Source: Balanoglossus misakiensis
Taxonomy: Eukaryota; Animalia; Hemichordata
DNA length: 64,000 nucleotides
Direction: 5' to 3'
Assembly: GCA_040954595.2 (NCBI GenBank)
Contig: CM082583.2
Span: 12,810,987 to 12,874,986, forward strand
Within the stretch, counting starts at the first letter, position 1. The number at the start of each line of letters is the position of its first letter. Of the stretch, positions 50,877 through 64,000 are shown one piece after another. A program made the position numbers and the translations under genes. The notes under the pieces were generated by a model that had not been told where the DNA came from, did not search any database, and saw only the letters and a list, made by a program, of their open reading frames with translations.

Positions 50877-53800
50877 CGATTACAACGGGCGCTATCGCAA
50901 CAGCACTCTCGAACGATATTTATATGGAGTATCGTTGACTACCAACTCCGCAGCCCTCCGGAATAGAGCAAGTTTGTGCAGAAAAAAATATCTCCCGGTG
51001 TAATTTTGTCACGGATGGTTCTATTTATAGTGCAACAGTCCAGTTGTGAAAAACAATAGTGTACTAGTATTTCACACCTGTTGATTTGCATTGCATTAGG
51101 GCCTATGCACATTTACATATAACGGCATGGCATGAATGGTAATGCTACATGTTTATGGGAACTGGTTTTTGTAAAGCCGATTCTATAAGTGTGCGTTTGC
51201 GAATATGCTGGTCATTCTCTTTGGCCGGAGGGGGTGGGGCCGGAAGATTGGTGAGGGAATATCCTGGTATGGAAATCCTCAATTTTGGGGTCAGCATGTT
51301 TTGGTTCTGATGGATCAAGAGGGGCGGTCTGTGAGTACGTGTTAATGGACATAACGACTACCGTTGTCGAAATGTGTTTTATCAAAACGCATGTACGGTT
51401 CTATTTCGAGTTGACTCGATAAACGATAGAAAATTCATGTGCGGTGTCGTTATCGATCTCTCACGTCCGTTGCAATTTACGCCAAATTTGTCACCTCATT
51501 GTCTGGTCGTCATTAGGGTAATGTGCGATCCAGAAAAATCCTTGAGATGAAAGAAATTTTATAACCTGTTAAACCCGGTAAAACTGAGTAACGGCTTCTA
51601 TGTACATCAGAAAGACCGGCGTTCGCACTCGAGGCACCAGCGATCGGTTCAGTCTAAAGGAATCTTCCGCGAGGTAGACGAGTTTATTTTCGAACGGATT
51701 CTGGTGGGTTTTTCCACTCTGCAACGACGCACGAAAGAAAAAAAGACACGGATACACAGAGCGGTATCCTTTTGAGTCGGTAACACTATAGCCGAAACAC
51801 ATCTCTATGTCAGCGCTATTTATCGAGGGGCTCACTTTCAAATGCCGGCCTGTGGTCAATTAAAAACTGAGGTAAAGGTAGCGACGGATCGCATCAGTAA
51901 ATAAGGGATTGGCCTGTTTCACTGACCGGGGAGGGGGAGGGTCGATGAATTACTTAGCGGGGGTCAGTGGGGAATCATCTTGTTTTGGAAACGCTCGGTG
52001 GTCATGTCAGTGTATTTTGAATATTTCAGCGCTTTACACAACAGCCCCACAGACTCGTTCAAGCGACAAAACAAGTCATTTGCAAGAAACTATTAAGTAG
52101 CCGGCGGCGAGCGCTCTGGCAATATTTAATCGAGAGTTCAAGGTTTATCATTGAATGAGTTCTAATGAGCCAACACGGACCCATTAGCGACAACTGACAG
52201 TCGTTTGTTTTACAAAAAGAGAGTTTTCGAATGTAAAATCTGTCGTACACGAGAGAAATTTGACTCCCTGGGCATAAGGATGCTAAATTAAAGCAGTCGG
52301 CATTAGTCGAACGACGCCTTTGAGTTTTAGCTATCGTCTTTTTAACATGTGATGTGAACGAATTTTCATCAGTTGCATTTAGCACTTTCGGTCCATTTCA
52401 ACAGAACACGTTTTACAGAGGACATCAATAAATTATCACTGCGCATGCTCTCGTGTACACATATCTCGCTCGCCGCGTGGTGAACAAGTGATGATGATTT
52501 TTTAAGAAAGCTACGCAGCGAGAGAACTTAGTTTAACCTTATTGACGCACACATAAGTAGATTGAGATCACGCGCGGGTTTAGAGTTCACCTCTTCGTGT
52601 ATCTGTACACCCCATTAGATATGAACAAATGGTGCAGAAGCAATCGCTAGACTGAAAATATCACATCGCTTTCTGATGACGTACTAGGCCTGTTCTTGTG
52701 ACGCAGGTGCCCGGCGCTACAAAAGTTCAGTTGAACGCCAGGGTCATTTGCGCACGATTGTCAGTGACGTAATAAGCCAGTCTCTGTCGACTTTTTAACA
52801 ATCATGATGGATAAAGTTATAAGGAGCCGATGAAAAACACATGAGCAAACAACTATAATAAAAAGGTCCTTCGCCCGACCCCTTGAATTCAAAGTACTAA
52901 CCAAAGTGCCCAACTCCGATGAGTGTTGTTGCCGTAAAGCCCATGAATTAATTTTCTCTGAACATCTGGACAAGTCCATGGTTTTGTACTCGACCAAAGC
53001 TATTATTACTAAAATAAGGGACTGTTCTCCTTTTATATTTAGAGGGGGCCGAATTCATTCCCCAGGCACCTATATTTTTTGCTTCGTATTAATTTGTGGG
53101 GAAAATACAATCTCCTGTGAAACGTAGTATGATCAGGACATGAAATATTCTCTGCAAAATGGTAACAAACAAGTATTTATTCTATAAAGCAGCAATATTC
53201 AAAAAATACATCTGTCCACGTTTGAGATTGTCAATATGACCGAAACTACTCACAGAAAAAACATATACTCAAAGACAAACTCACTGTCTTGACATGAATA
53301 CGACACAATACATTAACAGCAGGAATGTTTTTTTCTTTAAAAACCAGATCACGTGACTCTGATTTGTAAATTTGGTGTCAGGCAGTACTCGTCATGGGTT
53401 GCTTGTTTGATAGACAAACTGGCGCAAAACAATACATTACCATGATTATTACACAACGCGCCTGACGATCTGCTGATCAACAAAACCCGCAATTTATCAC
53501 ATGTAAATGGTGAATGTAAAATTTGTAAACAGGTCACGTGAATGCGTGACTATAGCCACGTTGTGGAAGTGCATACGTGTAGATACTACATCGAACATGT
53601 ATTTCTGATTAAAGAAGAAAGTAGTACGGGCAATGTTACACCCAACTTTTGTAATAAAAAAGTTCCCCTTTCGATAAACGATATAACTACAAAACGTCTG
53701 TTTTCAAAAGTTTTCAAGTGTTTTAATCATTTGCAAATGTACCGTGGGAATAAGAAATATATTCTTCTAAAACTTTCCTATTGTGGTTTGTAAAAAATAT

Positions 53801-54287
53801 TAACTTTGACATCCTTTGTTTATACCCTGTTCGGAAGATGTGACATCGAGTACATTGTTTGTCACTGGAAGTACCGTTGCATTGCTCTTGTCCACATGTG
53901 AAATTTAGAGCTATGTCTACTTCAAATTTCCAAGGTCAGCGATGTACTCAAGTAATGTTGGAAAGTACCAACGTATCCAACGTCAGTGTGCGTAAGTGCG
54001 ATCGGATAAGATGATGACCATATCTCTTCTCCATCTTAGTTTTAGTCCTGTTCCCGTTTCTAACGTAAAAACACTTCTGGCAGCCTAGCTATTGGCGTAA
54101 ATGTTGGGATCAATTTCCCCATTTCTGTTGACATTTTGTCTGTAACCAAATGCAGATGTCAGGGCTACTCCGCGTAAATGTTAGAAAACTATCACCCGAC
54201 AATGTCAACGCCAGCTGTCCAACACGTGCGCTCACAAGTGCGACACGAGACTAGCTTCAAGAGGCAATCAACCGGCTTTTGCAAACG

Positions 54288-57200
54288 TCAGACTACGTCA
54301 TCGATGGGTGGAAGGTGGCCGCCAGCCAGCTTACCGAAGTCTTTCATGTTCCCCCCGACTCCCCCAAGGGCGGAGAGCATGCTGCTGGTGGCAGCTATGG
54401 AGATGGAGAAGACGTCCCCCGGGCGACGGTGATGGTTCTGGCTGGTGGTTTGCGTGAACGTGCTGGTCGTGATGTACCCGCTGTCTCGGGCGTCGCGCGG
54501 CACCAGTCGGTTCCGCCGCAGACTGATGCTCGCCGTGGCGTAGTCTCCCGAGTGGAGCTCCGTGGCCATGGTGATGGGCGGGCGGGGACAGCAGGTGCAC
54601 CGCAGCACTTCCAGAAAACAGTGCCTGAACTTTCTGTTCAGAATTCCGTATATGAGAGGGTTGGCGGCCGAGTTGGCGAATGATATCATCGACGCGATGC
54701 CGAACCCTAGCAACAACGAAGTGTTGCGATTATACGAGATGAGTAAATACATAGCGCAGTACGGAGTTACACATATCACAAAGACCCCCATGACAAAAAA
54801 CAGCGTCACGGCCGCTTTCTTCTCCTTTCGCATGTTCAGCTGTTTCGGCTTCGTCCGTTTCCGTGACTGTCCCGGCCCCTCGGTTTGGCGCGAGGTTCCC
54901 GGCGTCGGCATTTCGCTGGACACTTCCAGTGACGTCACCCTGCGAGACTGTTGCCGGGCAACCTGGAAGATGCGGTAGTAGCAGAACACGAGGACGACGA
55001 ACGGCAGGCCGAACGATGTGCTCAGGTAGAAGTAGGCATAATCTCGGTCGGTCGTCCAGTCCGGCACGCAGATGCAGTTCGGAGGGAGGAAGATATATCT
55101 GGACCAACCGAAAAGTGGACAAGCAGCGTTTATAACCGATAGCGACCACAAGCTCACCAAAAGTACTGATGCACGAAGCGTTGTCACTATCGTGGTGTAC
55201 TTTAGCGGCATGACAATGGCAATGTATCTGAAAAGACAGGAAATTTGAGTTAATGCAATGGGAACCTGCACTGTCTGATAGGCTGAAAGATTTTACATCA
55301 GAATCCGAGCAGCAATATAAAACAACTGCCGTATCTGTATGCATGGGGATTATCCCGCAATAACTTGAGCGACGGTAGCACAGCACACCGCGCCAGTGGG
55401 AAAACTTACTAGAAAAAAACCCTGTCAATACCAATTCAATTTGTACATGATACAGCGATCTATAATTAGAACCAGAAGAAGATGTAGACATTTGTAATAA
55501 GAAATTGCTCTGGGATTAGGGATTTCAGGGAAGACAGAAATTCGACGATTTGGGACTCAGCCAAAGACACCGACCGTTTGGCGCATGGTAAATTTAAAGG
55601 TTAAATGACTCTATATGCGCTGGCTTACTTGCTGTTCGCTACAGATAAGATTTAGTGGAAGGGACTCGGTGAGATGTAATCACATCGCATGGCCAGGTAA
55701 TTTGACTCGAGGCTCACAGCTATCGGTAATTACAAAACAGCCTGGCGGCAGGACAAGAAATGTTGACGATCGTGTAAGTACGTTCAGTCTGGAAACAGGA
55801 AATCAGCCACGTAGATTTCCCAGAAAGCTTTTTACAAACAACGAAATCGTTATCGGTAAACAGTGCATTTAGCTTTTTCTATACTTCCTCGCAATAAATC
55901 AATAACTGGAAATGTTACTTTATTTTTTATCATCCTCAACTCGGTAATCCAAGTTAAGATAAACTCGCCGGGATAAGTGATATTTGGGTATCAACGAGGT
56001 CTCGAACCCATGACCTACGGCACCCAATTGCCTAGGAGAGGAGTCAGCCTCAGATCGGCATCTTTTATCTTAATTTTTATCAGTTGTCTCAGGTGAACTC
56101 AGCTATTTGAAATGGTTCTTCCTCTTACCGAGGCTTTTGGAATTGTGGGTTGTCATAGATACCCGAAAAGTGTTTCGGCTACAGACATAACATACTCAAA
56201 ACATATCTTTTTATTTTATTTCCATGCGTATACGCAAGCATACATGGAAGATAAGATTTCTGCTTGTTTTCCCAGACAGAATGCCTCCGCAAACTCACAG
56301 TTACTATTTATGGTTCTAGCAAGAGGGAACATCCGCAAAACAGCCGTAAACATTATCGATAGGAAATGTCCATTAACTTGATCAGCATGAGGTCCACGAA
56401 GTTGGCAATTTATTATGCGCCCTTTTCTCGCTTTCTATTATAAAGATTAACCGCGGCGAAGGGGTTTCAATTAACGTCGGTTGGTTTGGTCTGTTTTTCT
56501 TAGTTGTGAAGTACTTAAATAATCGTGACAAATCAATCAAACTATTGCTTAGCAAAATTGGCCAAATCAATTCTGAAGAAAGACGGAGACAGCGTAATGA
56601 GCCTTCTAACCAGATCCAGAGTTGATTGTCCTTATACACGTGTTAATTTGCATTGAAGCCTCAGATCTTATCCTCTCACCTGTTTGGTTGTTTTTAGTTT
56701 CTATATTATACGGCTATGCGTCAAATCGCTCGAGGAAAGGTGCCAATTACTCCAGGTTTACAATTTATTCTAGAATAAACAGATACCTCATGGATTCTGA
56801 CACTTTGGGAATTCTCGAGAAGAATCGAGTATTGCCATATAGCTGAAGAGAAATGTTATTCCAATCCTCCTGTTCAAACTCAAAGCCAGTTTTGTACTGT
56901 GGTTATGCGGCGGCTCTTATGGAGTGCCCGCGCGCGTCATCTGACGCACAACTACACACAATCTCTTAAACATGTCTTTAAATCTGAATGAGCTGCACAA
57001 GCTTTAGTCTCGATCACCGCCTTCGTCATTGAGTGACGACTGTGTGCAGATCAAAAGTGCCTCCTTGTCGGCAAAGAGCGATGCTTGACCTTTGTTCGTG
57101 GCAAACGTAGTTTCTCTGTCTCTCTCCCTCTCTTGCCATTCCCGTTTCTTAAAGGCCGACGACCGTCTTCTGCACATGTGCGTAATTTCGTGTGTACAAA

Positions 57201-60200
57201 CAATAGGTCCAAGCCAAATATTTTGCAACTGTTGCGTTGAATTATGTTATTTTTTAAAACGACGTTCCAACAACAAGTTGTCTTCGTCAGATAAACTAAC
57301 AAAAAGAAAACACAGAATGGTAAAAGTGACCAGAAAACAGCACTTGCAAGGGGTTCAAGCAAGGCAGCAGCAGCAGATGTCACAACCCCGGCGAATGCAT
57401 CGATTGCAGTTTACAAGAGCTTTAATTACGCTCTCTCAAACACCAGAGTAGACGCAAATTAATAGAAATAAAGCGAGCCCCAACGACAATTTATCGAGTG
57501 TCGTAAAAGACCTTTATGAGCGGGTAGAGTTAAGTAGACCCTGTAGTGATTCTCCAGACAGGGTCATAACCACGCAGCAGAAAAAAATGATGCAAAACAC
57601 AAAATCACCGGTCAATGTGCCTGAATTTTTTTTTCGTTGTTTTTAACCCCCCGCCCGGATCCTACTCATAATAACATTGCAGCCCCCCTCCCTCTACAGT
57701 GTCAATATTATTCAGGTACCCCATGTCATAGTGTCAATTTGTTTTAAGGAGCTCTACTCAATTCTCCCGACCCCCCTCCGGAGGTGTTTGTGAATGCTGC
57801 CGAACAGGTGATAAGTTTCATCTGTCAGAAACGTATTGGAACCTCAGGGATAAGTTACGAAAGTCAAACTGAAAGGTATTACCGTCTCATTTTTTTCAAT
57901 TACTGCCACATTTTGGTGAATTTTCACTTAATTATGCCCCAAGGTCAGCTGCACCGAAAATAAACCACACGCGACATTAAATTGGAACCCGGGATGCGAG
58001 TGGTGATCATTATTGTCCACTTTTGTCTAATTGCCCCACATGGGGGGGGGGGGGGGAAGAGATGCACTTCCTTCACACGTCGTCTGATTGGACGCCAAAT
58101 TTGTCTGTCCGAAATTAAACTTGAAGAAGTGGGGATAATTTCAATTTGCCATGTTTGATTGATTGGGAAATCGACATTTGCCCGTTAGAACCGATAAGCA
58201 ATTTACCCCATCAGATGCTGTGAAATATATGACATTGATTGGTGAACGCAATTTATCTAGTGAGTAAAATCGGCACTGGTTCTTGTCACGTGTCACGCCT
58301 ACACGCCGAGCGTATACTAACTAGACATCTATTTTCTATTCCAAACTTTAACGACAACAAGAACATGTTTATAACTATACACTGAATAATGAACACCCTG
58401 CTTTGAATGACAAATTGTGGATTTGGGATGAAAATGCAGATAAGTTTATCCATCAACAACATCACCGCAAAACGTGCAAACAGTTGCACTAGGCAATAAC
58501 ATTAATTGTAAAGTGAAGTATCTAAGTTTACCTGATAACTTATTAACGCATCCTTTTATGTGGTTTTATTGAGCCCCAGACTTCTGTCTGAATGTGGAAT
58601 CTGCCTTCTGTTTGAGTGACTTCACCTAGCTACCTGGCCACCCCGTCGCGCCGAGAGAGAACAGCGCATGATGGCGTACATGTACCTTGTGCTCACACCT
58701 GAAAAGCTACGCCGGGCGTTCGATATGATACAGTCGAACAGGTCTTTCAGAGTTGGTCACGAAAAGATATTTGCCAACCACTTCACTGCTGAGATCAGGT
58801 TTCCGCAATTGTAGTTATTTTCGGCTGTTTACTTTACTTGCACCGGCAACGCTATACGCACCTGTCAACTACTTGAATTGGGCCACGGGGAACTTATTAT
58901 GTTCACGATAAATATACATATTGATCTGTGTATTTAATATTAAAAGACGCCGACACCCATGGCTGAATTGACTGCAAATCAAACTCGGTTAAGTAGGATA
59001 TTACTATGATGACTTCCAGCGCCATGTATGATGGGACCGACTTTCATATTGTGTCAGCTATAGAGACCATGCGTTTCCTTTTCACTTCATTCATAACCCA
59101 TGCATAGCAAATCGCATCATGAATCTCACAAGTGGTGATTCCTATAGCCGTACATGTACCTGAAAATCGATGCGCGGTCGTTGTGTGTGGAGTGGCCGCG
59201 TGAGAAGGTAAAAAAAATAATCACCATTCGTTGAAGTTCCCATTAATCTCGCCAATATGCTGAATATTGTCAAGGTCAGAACACAATAACTGGCGGGCAG
59301 GTAAAAACGTTAACGTCGTACACGATGCCAGAATCGGTTAACCGTGAAAGTAATTTAAAATGAACTTCGGGAGAAAAACGGGTAAACAAAATGGCACCCT
59401 TTTCAGTCCGCGGATGACACTTTTACTTGAAATACTCACCTGTCGATGGAGACTGCACCGAGCGTCATGACACTGGCGCTGCTGAACAGAGTGTAGGAAA
59501 ACCCGCTGATGGCGCACCAAGTGGTACCGAATACCCACTCCCCGTCAAGACACGATGTAATTATCACAAACGGTAGCACCAACAGGCCGCGTAAGAGATC
59601 GGCTATGGCCAGGGAGGTTATGCTCATTCCCGTCACAGTACCAACGCTTCGTGTTCGGTGTACCACGTAACAGACCTGAACACAACAGAGAAGCAAGAGA
59701 CATTCTTGATGAGTACTGAGTACCCGCAAAATTATGACATTATTGAAAACACGCACATTAAAAAGTGACAATTTCCCTTCGTATTAGGCAAGACTGAAAT
59801 CACGCAAATTCGTGCACTTTTTTCCGCTGACAATCTTGCGTTCACAATGCGTACAGTATAAGACTACGCCTTATTATTGAATGTGAACATGATCAATTAA
59901 TTTCCTGTTGCTTGTCTCTTTACTTGATGTAGATATAAAACGCCCGACTTTAATCCTTGTAAAGAAAGCGAGCTTGCCAGATTTCGTTTGCAGCCATCCT
60001 CTTACCAAGGGAAACTGTTGCCACATACATGTACATGTAAATCACAGCAGACGCTGCGAAAAATAGCTCCTTATATAGCTGCAAACTGTGAACTTTCATC
60101 GTTTCTGTTTTAGTTTTAGTATTAATTTAAATCAAGTCAAAATTCCAGTTTTCTTTTTATTCTGGTGGAAAAAGACCAATTGCTATTCTGAACTGTCATT

Positions 60201-61052
60201 TTGCTCAGGTCAGACGATTTACAACGAGTTGAACAATAAATCAGAGAACTATCCGTACATTTATATGTTTCGTATATGCTGGTCTTAAAGCGCAGTGTTT
60301 TAGTTTTTATCTCCTTATATAACGTCGATTACTTGTCAGTTTTAGCTCATAAACCGTTTCGTGCTCCGCCAAACCCACGTTGTTTGAAGCCATAAAATAT
60401 GCAGTCTTTACCGGGAATAAATTGGGCAGATTTATGACGGAAAAACAGTGTTTGTATGCACGACGCGTTTCTGCATCAAACTGTAAAACAAGGAAGATAT
60501 TTATGCGAGCGACATCCAGCGCGAGCAGTCGTGACCTGGCACGGATTTCTCTCTTCGATCGTTCGCCGTCTTTGAGTTATTCAGTGTTCAATGCTTGGCA
60601 TTCGAGACATAGGGACAGGGTCGACCATTGGACACAACGCGTAGAAAATCATCTGGTGAATTTTGTTTTTACAGTCACTGTGATTATAGTTTGATTGTTG
60701 ACTTCGGCAGACTAGAGACTTTTGTGTCACTATACCACACGACCCGGCGCCAAGCTCATCCAACCCATCGAAATGGTGGAATCGACATTCTAAAAGCTGT
60801 CACCGGTCTACTCAATTTTGAGGCGGTTTCGCTCGTCGGTGGCTAAACTTGGGAGTGAATCAAAGCACCAAAGAGGCAGTTTGTTGTCAAAAAAGACAAG
60901 TTAAACACACTTACCGCGATATTCCCAAGCACCGTCATCACCATGACAAACGAGAGAAAAACAACCTGAATGAGGAGGTACGTCCGAGAAGGCGAGACGG
61001 AAAGATAGAACCCTTCATCGAGTTCCTCAGATTCATTCATTTTCTTCTTCAT
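54288..61052 (-). CDS. Orphan class A (rhodopsin-family) GPCR, GPR161-like, ~437 aa
   Basis: Exons 61052-60915, 59675-59440 and 55227-54288; 1314 nt, in frame. GN in TM1, SLAIAD in TM2, WVFGTTWC, DRY split by intron 2, FGLP in TM5, CVTPY in TM6, NPLIY in TM7. Orthology is not established. Confidence 0.88.
55985..56040 (-). mobile_element. Possible tRNA-derived SINE head remnant
   Basis: Minus strand ...gggtgccgtaggtcatgggttcgagacctcg contains a B-box-like ggttcgagacc. No complete cloverleaf. Confidence 0.3.
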
Positions 61053-62841
61053 CAAAGCATGTTATCGCGGTGTGGTATCTCCTAGAGCTCTGCGCGGAAC
61101 GACATACACACAATATGAGACCGACTCACTGTTACCTGCTCCGACACTGATCACTGGCAAGCACATTAACAGCCTCGACCAATCAGAGCGCGTTGCCGCA
61201 TTGTAATGAGTGGCTGTTGGCGTTTCCGCATGCAGTGTTTCGTTTTCACTTGAATTGTAGAAATGTTCATAGATATACCTTCTTTATGGGGCGCACTCTG
61301 CACTTTCATTTCTTCGGAATACGAAGCTACTAATGGAAATGTAAAAAAATAACATAAATATGTTGTGCCTTCGAAAGATCATGGACAAAGGCAAGTCGAT
61401 TGATTCATAATCAGACGCAAGTAAAAAGGGTCACGTGGGTGGATTAGGGTTTTATCACCCTCTCACGCCTTTGGCAAATCTCCTTCAATATGTATATTTC
61501 TGCAACACGTGCGGCCTGACTTCTTCTGTCCACGACAGAGTAAAATAAGCTCCACTAAATATGGATGTCTTGCGAATGTTAACTGCTGTTACACATAATA
61601 TGTTTCATACTTTGCGACTAATATGAATAAATTTTACGAGATATGCAACATGTCGTATATGTTAAATTAGAAACAAAACGAAGCAATATTGATCAAACAT
61701 CTCGTAAATTATGTCCACGTCATAAAAAGCACACCATGACAAAAAGCTGATTTGCCGACTACAGAATATCCATTTATTGCTAGTTGACAAAATTTGATCA
61801 TATTTCCATCCCCACATCGCGTTCAGGTTCAACCATTTGCATAAAGGGGTACCAGCTATCAATTTTACAAGGGGTCCCTTTACGCGAAGTAGCACAAAAT
61901 AATTTTAAGCGATACGACAAGGCGTGATCCTGCATTTATAAGAAATAAATGACAGGGATTTGAAGTATGTTTAAAAATAGCTTTCGTGTCCCATTTTCGG
62001 CCTTTCTGATCGTTTCATTATTCAAAATGTCTTAGCCATGTGCTATTTAGTGCTTGTAACCGGTCCAGGAAGTTTTCAAAGTCGCATTTTATACATATAT
62101 TGTAATGGTCAGGAAAACTAAGTACTTTCTCAATGCCACGCCATCATTCAGACATTTAAAAAGAAGACGTACTTTCAGTGGGCGTAATATAAGTAAATGA
62201 TTTATCTACAAAAAGCGGCACAGATTACTGGCCATTTAATCGGAGCGAGTAATATGTCGATTATAAGACTTCTTATATGCCGTTGTTGTAATGGTGACAA
62301 GTTTTGGAAAATCGTGTGACGCCATTTTAAACCTAGCCACCGGAACACTTTTCTAAATTAAAGACACAAATAGCGGCGTACATGTCGAAGTGTATCACAC
62401 ATCACTCAAAATCAGCCATGTCTTATTCAGCGAATTGATAAAGACAACAAAAATTAGACCTCATACGAAAGACAAATATCAGCCAATCATGGTGTAATGA
62501 CTTTCAATAACTAGTATGTTGCTTTCTAATATCTTATTCATTTAGCCTCAGCAACATCCCAGCCACACCTACCCAAAACCTAATCAGAAAGTGCCCTTTC
62601 TGAAACAGTTCACATGTCTTGGCCGTACGACATCGCACATATATTCAAATCTTATTTTCTCGTTTATTTTTTTAAATCGAGGTAAACAAAATGTCACATC
62701 CAAATACATCGTTCACGTATTTGCTCAAATCGAAAGCAACTGCTTTAATTACTTGCGATTTGTATAGGCTTTGATTTGGAAAGAGTTGATTGGAAGAGAG
62801 GCCTTGTGGAAAATCAAAAACCGATTTCTTGGCAGCCTGGC

Positions 62842-62856
62842 GCCACTAGGTGGCGG
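62842..62856 (+). promoter_or_regulatory. CTCF-like motif ~1.8 kb upstream of the class A GPCR
   Basis: gccactaggtggcgg closely matches the CTCF core. Motif match only. Confidence 0.35.
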
Positions 62857-64000
62857 AGTTCATATCGCATGGCGCTGATATGTCTGCGCATGGGCCGTAC
62901 GAAGCCATCGAGACAAAATTTCAGTGATGTAAGATTGTGTGTTGCGGAACCGCGTCCCATTAGTTTCAGGTTAACTCTATATACAAATGCACATGGAAGG
63001 TTCAAAGTACTGATCATTGTCAAATTCAGTACGCACAATCAGGCAATAGCAATTCCGAGAAAAACATTTCTTTTAATAGGAAAATGACAATTGCTTTCTG
63101 TCGGTGGCCCTGTTTGCACGCTGATTGACTTTTCACGCGCAAATGATATTCATTGGTCATTACTGTGCCCATTACCTCTTTCCTGTCATTGGAAGAGTTA
63201 TACACACGGCTCAATTTCTCTGAATATCACGGCGACCTTTTCGAACGGCTTCTTGTGTAAATGCGCAAACGGTATGCAATATATAATTTTGTGGTATATA
63301 ACATTCATTTGGAGAAGAAATATGCAATCAAAAATATGGTGTCACGAATCTCTTGAGCTGTACTTTAACCCGACCTACTTCTCCGGGAGAGTGGGATTCG
63401 ACACTCGGGGATGGCGGCTTTCGTGCGTGGCATTACAAAGTAAGTCTTTTGGAAGGTGAGTGCTTCGGCTTCAAATCACCTTTGGTAAGTAACACGGTTT
63501 CGCCGCTTCACATCAGACAGACTCACTCGCCGCAGGACCCGTCCTATTTATTCTAATGGACACGCGGGTTTTTTGAAGTTTGGCAATTTAGAGTGACTTC
63601 GGGGTTTAATATACGAAGGGCAGAGTGCCATCTTGGCTTTTGTGGCGGTCTACGGTGAATTTCGGTAAAAGACATGATCTGTGCACGTTTACAGCTATTT
63701 TTAAAAATCTTTCTTACCTGAATAGGTTTGTTATTATATCATGAAATTTCAAACAGCTAAATCTTCGAAAAGCGAACTCGATTGCAAAGAAATAAACGAC
63801 TCAGACACATGTCATAAGCATTCGCGTAAGCACGCATAATGTATTTCGACAAATTACTCCTAGAATACGTCAACTAGTCTCTAAAACATTACAACTGCAA
63901 TCGCACTAGTCTGTAGTCGAAAAAAAAAATTGAAATCGTAACTTAGATATCTTCAAAAAGCATCATTTACCATCATGTCTGATGTACCGTTAATTTGTAC

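Noticed and set aside
51200-53050. G-rich fragments (taaggga...gggggagggg) resembling MITE ends
   Set aside because: Too degraded to pair termini or define boundaries.
54178-55491. Several overlapping ORFs on both strands
   Set aside because: Alternative-frame or antisense shadows of the GC-rich GPCR exon.
63377-63425. tRNA-like gggattcgacac motif
   Set aside because: Only a B-box-like fragment; no cloverleaf or A box could be built.

Overview
Eukaryotic (animal) genomic DNA with GT-AG introns, probably from a marine invertebrate (inference; the species cannot be determined). Exon models were assembled by hand from splice signals and reading frames. Protein-coding content: (1) the first coding exon of an unidentified minus-strand gene running off the left edge; (2) a two-coding-exon somatomedin-B/Cys-rich class B (adhesion/methuselah-like) 7TM receptor of ~1030 aa; (3) a single-coding-exon GT77/Nucleotid_trans glycosyltransferase; (4) an ~18-exon TTLL6/TTLL13-type tubulin polyglutamylase, head-to-head with (5) an 11-exon COPE (coatomer epsilon); (6) a three-exon orphan class A GPCR resembling GPR161. 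Non-coding structure includes a 130-bp tandem array inside a candidate spliced lncRNA/micropeptide locus, several non-autonomous DNA elements (a TTAGGG-containing fold-back, a Kolobok-like MITE, piggyBac-like MITEs, a double-hairpin element) and RFX X-boxes. The most notable signal is a dense cluster of Rbfox UGCAUG motifs around two frame-preserving candidate microexons in the TTLL tail. I see no prokaryote-type system (CRISPR etc.), and I cannot establish from sequence alone that any finding is new.
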